The notes beneath the pieces were generated by a model, which worked only from the letters and a program-made list of their open reading frames with translations, was not told where the DNA came from and searched no databases. A DNA stretch of 27,485 nt from a virus (Duplodnaviria > Caudoviricetes), in the IMG/VR virus record IMGVR_UViG_3300007985_000052, positions 1-27,485 of that record; one strand, given 5' to 3'. Below are positions 16,397-26,200 of this stretch, one piece after another (the first letter of the stretch is position 1; each line of letters opens with the position of its first letter). The translations under genes and the position numbers were made by a program.

Positions 16397-18915
16397 TGGC
16401 CGACTCGGAAGAATTCATCACCCGGATAATTGAGAACGCAATGGGCATCGCCAACGAGTTTACTGATGAGGTGAGAGGCGCGGCCGGTGACTTATGGAGA
16501 GCCAGTAGTGGATGGATAGACCAACCGCCGGCCGTAAATGCCGGGTTCGATGTCAGCGCCATAGAGCCCACAATCCCCTCCGCAGGAGATACAACTCTCT
16601 CTTTTGAGGCCCAAATGGCCAACATTGAGGACGTACTTACCCGGCAGCTGACGGACTTCTTCACGAAGTATTACCCGCTTGAGGCGGATTCCTTTGGCGC
16701 GGCCCAAAATAAGCTAATTAATCTTATTACTGACAATGGTCGAACATTAGATGTCGATTATGATGTAAAGGCCTATGAAAATTTTAATACTGACGATGGC
16801 ACTATAACAGAGATAGACCTCGACTTAGTAGACGCAGAAATGAAAGGTGGCACAGTTGTTGCGGTATCTACTGCTATATCTGAAGCAGAATTAAATACTC
16901 GGAACAACTTAGTGACCCTACCAGTGGACAGCGTAGTGGTTGGTGACATTGCACTCTATGACCCAAAACCTCAAGAGGCTCTAGACGAGGTAGATGAGTA
17001 TGAAAATGAAGGTATAGAAACCGACTACGAAGTAACTGAAATAAATAAGTACACCAACGATAATCTCACAACTACTTTTGTCGCAAATGAGGTAGACCCG
17101 TATGGTATTTCTCCGTATGTGGGGGACATAGGGTCTGGAGACAGATATAACAAGATCCCCGCGATAAATGTTACTGAACAAAACATTAGAGATATTGCCA
17201 CTCATATAGATGATGTGGATGTTGATACAATTTCTACTACTATTAACATCACGGTTGATACTGATTTAGAAGAATTAACAAGTCCCAGTGTTGGCCTCAG
17301 CCCCGAAGTAGCTGAACAAGAGTGGCAACGGGCTAGAGAGCGTGTAATAGCTGACGGACGCAGGACCGAGAGACAACTGGCTGCCGGATATGCCGCCAAG
17401 GGTTACACGTTGGTTCCTGGGGCTATGCTGCGCAAGATAGAGGAATCGCGGACGGCGCAGCTCATGGCCAATGGAGCCTCGGCAACGGAAATAGCCGCTA
17501 AGCAAGTGGCCTTTGCCCTGGATGTCGCAAAACTAGAGAAGGAGATCTTGGAGAAGCGGGTTGCTTTCCAGATGCAGAAAACAGAAATTGAAGTTGGAAT
17601 GCGGGAAAAAGAGATTGCCTTTAACGTTGATATTGCCAAGATCAAGGCAGATGCGAATACCTCTTGGAAAGAGATCGGCTATAATATCGATATAGCATCT
17701 AAAGCGGCGGATATTGAAATAGCTATTGGTAAGCTACAACTCGAGTGGCAAAATCTTGATCTTGAAAGGCACAAGCTAGATCAGGAATTTCCGATTAGAT
17801 GGCAGGAGCTTGATCTTGACATACAAAAGTATAACCTCGAGCCTTTTAGACTGGATCTCGAGCGCCAGAAATTCAATCTTGAGCCATATAGGTTGGACTT
17901 TGATTGGCAGAAACTTAGTGCTGAACAGCAACGAGAATGGCATAGACTGGATCTTGAGCGCCAGAAGTTCAATCTGGAACCACATAAACTGGATTTTGAT
18001 TGGCAGAAATTGAGCGCTGAACAGCAGCGTGAGTGGTACAGACTCGACCTCGAACGCCAGAAGTTTAATATAGATACTAAAAAGTTCGGCATTGAACTAC
18101 AAAAACTAGACATAGAGCAGCAGGTACAATGGCATAAACTTGACTTAGAGGCAACCCAACTCAAACTAAACTGGCAGGAGCAACAACAAAAGTTTTACTT
18201 GGACTGCGAAGCTCGTGAGACCGAAATAGCTAAATTGGATGTGGAGATTCACAGACTCAATGCCGATATTGAGTCTAAAGAAATTACTTTCAATATGGAA
18301 ATAGAGACAAGACAAATTGAGTTTGACATCGAGCGGGCCAAGCTCGGTACCGGCACGGCACGCATAGAGCTTGAGCGCAAAACAAAACAGATCGAGTTCA
18401 ATACCATGATCGCCGAGAAAAACAGCAAATTCGCGATGGAAAAAGAAAACCTGAAGATCGAAATTACCAAACTCGAGGCAGAGAAGGCCAAGATCGAAGC
18501 CGATGTGCTGAAGATCGAGAACGACATGATCATCTTTGCCATAGAGAGCGCCATTAAATCACGCTCCATGGCCATGTCCGCAGCCGGAGACTACATTAAA
18601 ACCATGACGGTTGCCCCGGAAACGGCGGTGAAAGTCGCCGCCCTCGGAACCGACGTACAGGCGAAGATGATGAGTGCGGCAGGAGATTTCTACCGGGCAA
18701 GGCTTGGCCGTGACGAGCTGGTCCTGAGATCAAAACTCGCCGAACTGAGCGCGGATGTCACAATGTACGGCACCCAGAGCGGCAACCGCACGGATGCGGC
18801 GCGAAACAACGTTCAGGCTCTGGCAGCGTCCGCCGATGCCTACGCCAGGACGGCGTCCGCTGCAATGTCCAGCCTAAACAGTATTGTTTCTTCGGCAACA
18901 AACGCATTTTCCTAA
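16396..18915 (+). CDS. Putative internal virion/ejection protein with long coiled-coil insertion
   Basis: 839 aa. Helical Ala-rich termini, GLSPEVAEQEWQRARER...YAAKGYTL.PGAM core, acidic insert and heptad repeats. Position after tail genes. Confidence 0.6.
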   Translation: MADSEEFITRIIENAMGIANEFTDEVRGAAGDLWRASSGWIDQPPAVNAGFDVSAIEPTIPSAGDTTLSFEAQMANIEDVLTRQLTDFFTKYYPLEADSFGAAQNKLINLITDNGRTLDVDYDVKAYENFNTDDGTITEIDLDLVDAEMKGGTVVAVSTAISEAELNTRNNLVTLPVDSVVVGDIALYDPKPQEALDEVDEYENEGIETDYEVTEINKYTNDNLTTTFVANEVDPYGISPYVGDIGSGDRYNKIPAINVTEQNIRDIATHIDDVDVDTISTTINITVDTDLEELTSPSVGLSPEVAEQEWQRARERVIADGRRTERQLAAGYAAKGYTLVPGAMLRKIEESRTAQLMANGASATEIAAKQVAFALDVAKLEKEILEKRVAFQMQKTEIEVGMREKEIAFNVDIAKIKADANTSWKEIGYNIDIASKAADIEIAIGKLQLEWQNLDLERHKLDQEFPIRWQELDLDIQKYNLEPFRLDLERQKFNLEPYRLDFDWQKLSAEQQREWHRLDLERQKFNLEPHKLDFDWQKLSAEQQREWYRLDLERQKFNIDTKKFGIELQKLDIEQQVQWHKLDLEATQLKLNWQEQQQKFYLDCEARETEIAKLDVEIHRLNADIESKEITFNMEIETRQIEFDIERAKLGTGTARIELERKTKQIEFNTMIAEKNSKFAMEKENLKIEITKLEAEKAKIEADVLKIENDMIIFAIESAIKSRSMAMSAAGDYIKTMTVAPETAVKVAALGTDVQAKMMSAAGDFYRARLGRDELVLRSKLAELSADVTMYGTQSGNRTDAARNNVQALAASADAYARTASAAMSSLNSIVSSATNAFS
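17848..18150 (+). repeat. 96-bp (32-aa) intragenic tandem repeat, ~3 copies
   Basis: RLDLERQKFNLEPx(R/K)LDFDWQKLSAEQQREW(H/Y) units start at 17848, 17944 and 18040 (third diverged). Copies 1 and 2 differ mainly at synonymous sites. Confidence 0.85.
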
Positions 18916-18924
18916 GGAGACGTG

Positions 18925-20127
18925 ATGGCACTATTTGAGGACAAGAGAAAGAAGCCGGTCAGCGATGGCCAAATAAGGGCATCATTAATGAACGCTAGGA
19001 CCATGCCATCGACCGTCAGTGAGCGGGCATCGAACGCCAGGGAATACGGCGACCAGGAACGCCTTGTTTATCAGTCGCCTGGATTCCCATCGGGACGGCA
19101 GCAACCGGCGCCACAGCAACCACAGAGACAATCCACCATGGTCTTTGACGACAACGGTCCAGGCGGCAAGATGGTTCGTCGACCGAATGAGGCCAGCGCA
19201 GCCCTGATGCAGACACCACGGCAGCGGCCGGCAGCCGGTGATCCGGACAGGACGGTAACCGCCAGGGGTAACGGCTTTGAGTTCTCAGGTGCAGCGGGAG
19301 ATGCCGAAAAATTTATGGCCGACACCGGCAAGGGCGATCCGGTCGCCGAACGTAACAGAGCGATCGCGCACCAGCAATGGCTCGGCAGGCAACCAGAAGA
19401 GCGCCCTGCCTACCGTTCAACCGCTGCTGCCAGCAATCTCATGAGTGGGGTGCCGAACATGCAGGGGTCGAAATTTGGTGGCGGAAACAAGAACAAGCGG
19501 GCCATCGCCGCCGCCCTGATCAGCGCCAACGCAGGCCTGGCACGCGAGCGGATGCAGGGACAGAACCAAAGAGCCAATACCAGTATGACCGAGGGCGGAG
19601 CGGATCGACGCACCAATGCCACCCTGCGGCAGGAACTGCTGCGCGATACGAACCGCTTCGGCCACGAGGCGAACCAGCAACGCAATACCCAGGCATTCAC
19701 CGCCGGGGAATCCCAGATAGAGAGAGATTGGAAGGGGCAGGAGTCGCAAACAGCAAACGATCAGGCCATGCGCCTGCAGAGGGCCAAGGCCAACCAGGAA
19801 GCCGGCATGAAGATCCTCGAGGCGGGGGGTGATCCGAGTGTTGCGGCCCGGACCATGGACAACGACGGCGTCTTCCCGGTGGAATTTGGGGAGAGTCCTT
19901 TACCGAAAAAACAGAACCCGGCAAGGACTTACGAAGTAAAAACATTCGAGAGACCAGACGGCACCAAGGAGACCAAGACCATTGATACAAGGACCGGTCA
20001 GGTGGTTGAGAACCAGCCGCAGTCGCCGCCGGCCAGGTCAGCCGACCGGGTCAAGGGGAAGCGATATATCAATGCCCGTGGCGATACCGCTGTATGGGAT
20101 GGTACGGGGTGGTTGATGCAAGAGTAA
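18925..20127 (+). CDS. Putative ejection (DNA-transfer/pilot) protein
   Basis: AGGAG RBS favours ATG 18925 over GTG 18922. Q/R/A/G-rich low-complexity protein ending KGKRYINARGDTAVWDGTGW; sits just before the giant gene. Confidence 0.55.
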   Translation: MALFEDKRKKPVSDGQIRASLMNARTMPSTVSERASNAREYGDQERLVYQSPGFPSGRQQPAPQQPQRQSTMVFDDNGPGGKMVRRPNEASAALMQTPRQRPAAGDPDRTVTARGNGFEFSGAAGDAEKFMADTGKGDPVAERNRAIAHQQWLGRQPEERPAYRSTAAASNLMSGVPNMQGSKFGGGNKNKRAIAAALISANAGLARERMQGQNQRANTSMTEGGADRRTNATLRQELLRDTNRFGHEANQQRNTQAFTAGESQIERDWKGQESQTANDQAMRLQRAKANQEAGMKILEAGGDPSVAARTMDNDGVFPVEFGESPLPKKQNPARTYEVKTFERPDGTKETKTIDTRTGQVVENQPQSPPARSADRVKGKRYINARGDTAVWDGTGWLMQE

Positions 20128-20131
20128 TACC

Positions 20132-20161
20132 TTGCCCTGCCCAGCGTAGTTGCTGTATTAT
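20132..20161 (+). promoter_or_regulatory. Possible sigma70-type promoter upstream of giant gene
   Basis: TTGCCC-N18-TATTAT in an 82-bp intergenic gap. Imperfect match. Confidence 0.25.
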
Positions 20162-20209
20162 CGTGGATGTGAAGAACAGATTGCTCATCAATTAAAGAAA
20201 GAGGGCTCG

Positions 20210-23200
20210 ATGCCATCATACATTTCCGAAGAAGACTTCATGTCCCCGCCTACAGCCGCACCGGCTGATCAGGCAACAAAGAAAAAGAAATACATTTCCG
20301 AAGAAGAGTTTATGTCGGCGGCACCTGCCGAGCCTGCAGCGCCTGTCGCCCAGGCCGCCACCTCCCCACCGGATCCGGCAGCGCAGTTGATGTCGACTGC
20401 TCCTGAGAGTGATCCCTGGTACAAGCGTGGCGCCCACCAACTTGGTTCAAGCCTCGGCTACGCCAAGGACATGACCGCCCAGGACTACGGTGCGGCCGCC
20501 CAGGGTATAGCCGACGCCGTCAAGTATCAGCAGGCCAACCGTGGATCTGAAGAGATCCAGCAGATCCACCAGGCGTACGAAAAAGGAGACGGTTTTTTCG
20601 GCGGTATCAAGGAAGCCGGCAAGGAGATGCGCCGGGATATCACCGATGCGCCAACGGCCTGGGATGCTGTTGTTGACACCGGGAAAAACGTTGCCGCTCT
20701 CGGGGCGGGGATCGGCACTCAGGCATTTAACATGATCCCGCCAATGACCGGTATGGTTGCCGGTGGTGTGGCAGGGTCACCAGCAGGACCACTTGGTGTA
20801 GCCGGCGGTGCCTTTGCCGGTGCATCTGCCGGTAATACCGCTGTCGAGGGCCAGGGAATCGCCCTTAACGCCCTGGCGAAAGCCGGCATCGACCCGGCCG
20901 ACACGCCAAGAGTCACACAGTTCCTCGAGGAAAACGCCCTCAGCCTGTTCGGTAAGGCGGCGACCAAGGGATCGATCATCGGCCTGGTGGACACAATTAC
21001 CGCTGGTATTGGTGGTAAGATCTTGACCGCTCCGGCCCGTGCCGCTGTTAATCGGGCGTTGATGGATATGGGCGTCGATGTCGCGGATAATGCCGCCGTT
21101 GCCGCCGTCAAGGGCAGCAGGGAAGGCGTCGAACAGATCGCATCCAGGCTGGCCACCGACGCAACCTACCAGGCATCGAAAACCGGCGCCGGACGACTCG
21201 GCAGAAACAGTGCCGCCTTCGCGCTCGAACCGGCTGGTGAGTTCACCGGTGAGTTTGTCGGGTCGGGTGTGGCGGAAGGGAAGTGGGACACCAAGGAGGC
21301 CGGTCTTGAAGCACTGTCGTCCTTGGGCCATGGCGGCATGACCTTTGCCGGACAGAAGGCCTATCAGGCGATCACCAAACCATCCGAGGACACCTCCGGA
21401 CCTTCAGCGGAAAATCTCGCCCGCAACCAGGCGGTCATGGCCATCAAGCAGGCAAACCTGCCGACCGATGACCTGTTGCAGATGCGCAGCGAACCGGCTG
21501 CCATGGCGCAGTACGGGCTCACTGAAGCGGACCTCGATGCGGTAATCAATGACCGTGATGACGATCTTGCCAGGGCCAAGCAGGTGCTGCTTAGTTCCGG
21601 CGAAAACGGACCACTCACCAGGGCAGCCGGTGCCGGCATCAATATCGAGCAGGCAACCATCGTCATGGAGCGCGACAAGGCCAGGACGGACGCCACTAGA
21701 GACAGGTATTTTGGCCAGACAGGCATGCCGCAAGGTCAGGATCAATCGGCCGACGACATGCTGCACAACGCCAACATGGACATTGACTGGGAGCAGCAGA
21801 GCGCCAAGGCGGGCCTGTATAACAAGACGCGCAATGTCCCACAGGAGAATTACGACGACGTTACCCTGCCGAAAACCACGGAGCAGCTGGCCGACGATCT
21901 GCTTCGGATGCAGACCCCGGCGACAACCAAACCGGAAATGGTCGGCAACAAGGATATCGACACCCTCACCGAGGAAGTGCAGTCCGATGCCGACTGGCGC
22001 AATCAGGAGGCGAAATCGCTCCTGCACCGCAAGACGCGCAATGTCCCACAGGAAGATACCGGCGACGTCATCCTCCCCGGCGAACAGGAACAGCAGACCC
22101 GTGAGCAGCTGCTGCGCGGTGTGGCGAAAACCACCGGCCCGGAGATGACCAGGGATATCGACCCGCAGGCCCTTCAGGAAGAAGTGCAGAGCGACATCGA
22201 CTGGCGCAACCAGCAGCGCGACGCCCTGCTCAATAACCGCCGCAATAACCTGCCGGCAGAAGAAGATCTCGGTAACAGTTATCCGGAAAAAATCGACAGC
22301 GGGGCCAGGAAAGCGGCACTCATCGCCAAGGCCAATAACGAGGAACTGTCGGCCGAGGAGAACCGGGAACTGCAGTCTCTCATCGGCATTACCCATTCAG
22401 AAAAACGCGCAGATGGTGTAATCGACACTGCGGCGAACTCCTCACAATCGCCCACCGGCGTGGGAGAAAGACAGTTTGACGATGGTGCAATTTCCACACC
22501 CGGACAGCCGGGCGATGGTGTAATCACTTCTGGAATTACCCCATCTGCACAACTTCGCGAAAATAGTTTGCAAAATGAAACACCGGTTGTCGATTCGAAA
22601 ACTACTGCCACCGATGGCAATCAAGCCAACACGCTAGGCGTAAAAACAAAAACGAGCAATAAGACAACAGTCATCGAGGAAGGGGGTACCCGCTATGAAC
22701 TACCCGAAGCCGAAGCCGCAACCACCAACACTGGGAACCAAGGCAATACCGGTACCCTATCTGAGCCTGCGGCGCGGGAAGGAAATTTTGCCTACCTCAT
22801 CGACGAAATCGCACCAGAAGCCAAAAAACTCCAGTCCGTCCATAAAAGAATAGGCTCGCTCAAGTCGGATGTCGAAACCGTGCAGAGTACCGGCGATGCG
22901 GCAAACATTCTGCGTCCCCTTGGTCGTCGTGCCCAGGAATCACTTATGGTGCTGGTCCTCGACAAGAATAAGAAACCCCTGGCGGTCCTGCAGCATGGCG
23001 TCGGCGGCATCGATTATAACTCCGTGCATCCTGGAATCCTTGCCGGATCCATCCATAACATCAAGGGTGCGCACACCTACTATATGGCGCACAATCACCC
23101 ATCTGGGAACATGCAGGCCAGTCCACAGGATGTCAGCCTGACGGGAGCGATCAACAACGGACTGGAGGGCACCGGGGTGACGATGGGCGGACACCTCATC

Positions 23201-26200
23201 CTTACCCCGAACGGCAACACCAGTATCATGGACAAATACGGCACCATACAAGGCCGTACCGGCACCGTTTCCGCCGATGGCAGGGCCAAGTCAGTGAAGG
23301 TCACCGAACGAATGCTGCAGGGTGATGCGCCGAACGTATTGCAGCATGAGGCGATCACATCGACATCGCAGATGCGTCATGTGATCAATGAACACAGCGG
23401 CGGCAAGCCTGGCGTCCTGCTGCTCAATACCCAGCACCAGCCGGTTGAATTCGTACCCGTCACCAGGGAAGAAATGGCAGCCCTGCGCACGGGAGAGAAG
23501 AAGGGTGCAGCCGCCAGGCTATACCGGGCGATGGAGCGAAATAACACCAATAGTGCGGCCATCAATCTTGTCGGCGATGATTCGGTATCGGAAAACATCG
23601 CCACATTTTTGAAGCAGGCAGGAATGCGCACACTGGACGCCATTTCAGACACCGGGAGCCTTTTGGAGCAAGGGACTCTGGCGGAAAAGGCCCGGGAGGA
23701 TAATGTCTTTTTCTCCATAAGTGAGGAGATGGCCGACGAGGACACGGAATCACTCGAGCCTCGGTACTCGATCCGCACCTGGACCGACGAAGAGAAGGAC
23801 GAGATCACCGAGACCGCCAGGAAGTTTAAGATCCCCAAGAAGAAGGCAGAGAAATGGCTGAAGGATATCGACAATGTCATGGCTATTATCCTTAACAATC
23901 CCGATCTGGATTTCGACGCCTCGGCCGCCGGGCTGTACAAGGCACTGAAGGCCAACTCCGATCCACACTATAGCAAGTCACTGGACTTCTCCACCCTGTG
24001 TCGCAAGCGCTACGTGCTCGCCGCCACCATCGAGCAGATCCAGCTCGAGCTCGGCCAGGCGGTCACCCAGGACAACTTGGTGCAGATCCGCGAGATGCTC
24101 AAGAAAAAGAAGATCACCGTCTCCTGTGGCGCCTGTTATGTCGACTCCAAGCGCATGCAGCAGGGTAAGTATATCAACCAGTTCATCGCCGCCCATCCGG
24201 ACGAGGATCCTCGGCAGTTCCTCACCCAGAAGAACGTCGACAAGCTGAAGCGGGACAAGCCCAAGCTCTATGCAGAGTTCAAGGAAAAAGTCGGGGCGAA
24301 CAACGGCAAAACCTCCGAGTCAAGGGTTGACTACGACGGCGACATCCGTGAATTCTTTGTCACCTCGATCGCCGGGAAAAACCGGGTCCTTGAGTTTAAT
24401 AAACGCTCCGGCCTGCGCTGGCAGTCCTGGTCAGACTTCGAGGTGCCGCACCTGATGGACGCCATGCAGGCGATCCTCGATATGGCTCTGGCAAAACTCA
24501 AAGGGCACAGTTACACCAAGGTGCCGGCCTTCGTCAGGGCCATGGGCCGCACCGGTCTGATGATCAATGTATCGCTCATTCCACAGGGCAACGGCTTCAA
24601 TGCCGACGGCTCTCTGGCCTTTGATCCGGTCGAGGGCATGCCGTTTGAGACCGCCCTGGAGCTGCGCAATAAATATCCCGATACTGTCGGCACCATCGCC
24701 ATCGCCGTCAGCAACGAGCATACCGTTGCCCTGATGGCTGACCCGCGCATAGACTACATTATTCCTTACCACGCATCCGGGTTGTCGCGGGATATCGCCG
24801 AAAGGTTCGGCATGTCCAAATGGGAGGACTACACCAAGACACAGACCTCGGTGATCGACGACGTGCATAAATTCCATGCCGTGGTCGGTAAGAATATCCC
24901 CGGTGCCAACCTGTTTATCGTCCGGAACACTGCGACCGTGCCGCCATCAATGGCCGCCAACAAAAGCGACAGCACCGGCGTCAAGAAGAAAAAGGAGTCG
25001 GAGCGGACGAAATTCTTCACGGCCGAACTGACCAGACAGCAGGCCGATCCGAAAGCGTTCGCGAAAACCGTCGAGGCATACCTGTCCACCGCCGCCGGCA
25101 AGAAGGATTACGCCAAGTACATGAGCCCCTACGCCGAGCCGGACTTCACCGACTACTGGTCCGACAATCGCACCGGCAAAGAGAACGGTGATCACTTTCT
25201 GCGGCTTCTCGCCGAGCGTGGAGTACTACCGAAATTTCGCGAACACAGGTACAAGACCGGACGAAACCTGGCCAACTTCACCACCGACCCGAACTACTGG
25301 AAACTGCTGATCGACCGCAAGTCCTATGACCACAGCGGGAAAAACATCACCCAGCGCCCGGTCACTCCGGAGTATGACTTCGATGAGATCCAGGCCATCT
25401 ACCGCGACTATGAGCCGGCACCCGACAAGGCGGACAAGGAGACCGTCACCGAGTTTCTCGACATCATGGCCAAGGCGCAACCCGTCAAACTAAAACCAGC
25501 CAGGAAAGGTGGTGTCAAAAAATCGACAGTCACAACGGCCGACGACGCCAAGTTCTCCAGGGCTGTCCTGCAGTCAATCAGTTCCGCCGCAACGTCACTG
25601 CGCCAGGTGCCGGCAATGTTCAAGCGGGGACTGCTGCAGCCGGGAACAGTCAATGTCGACATCGGCGGAGGAAAGTATGATGATGGCACGAATTACCTGA
25701 AAAATATTGGTGTCGAGAACCTGGTGTTCGATCCTTACAACCGCGAACAGTCGTTCAACGACTCCGTGGTCAGGAGACTTTCCGAAAAAACCGTCGACTC
25801 AGCCACAGTCAACAATGTGCTCAATGTTATACAGGAAAAAGACGCACGGCTAGCGGTCATCCGGCAGGCAGCCAAGGCCATCAATCAAGATGGGAAGGCA
25901 TACTTCCAGATCCACGAGGGCGATAGGACCGGCAGGAGCAGGGTCACTAAAGTAAAGGATGGTGTAGCCCAATCCTGGCAGAACCATCAGCCAACTCAGT
26001 GGTACATGGACGAGGTGGCCACGTCATTCGGCGAAGTGACTAGGAAGGGAAACCTGATCATTGCCTCAATCCCCAAAAAAAACGGTGCTATGGCCATCTG
26101 GACGGATAGTGCCGGGCAGCCGATGTTCTCCAGCACCGACATCGGGGTCCAGGAAGAAACCTCGGATACCCGAGCAGAGCTCACCGAGATCCTCGGCGAA

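Noticed and set aside
17848-18150. CRISPR array or DGR template/variable repeat pair
   Set aside because: Repeats are in-frame, contiguous and differ mostly synonymously. No spacers, no adenine-specific mismatch pattern and no reverse transcriptase in the window.
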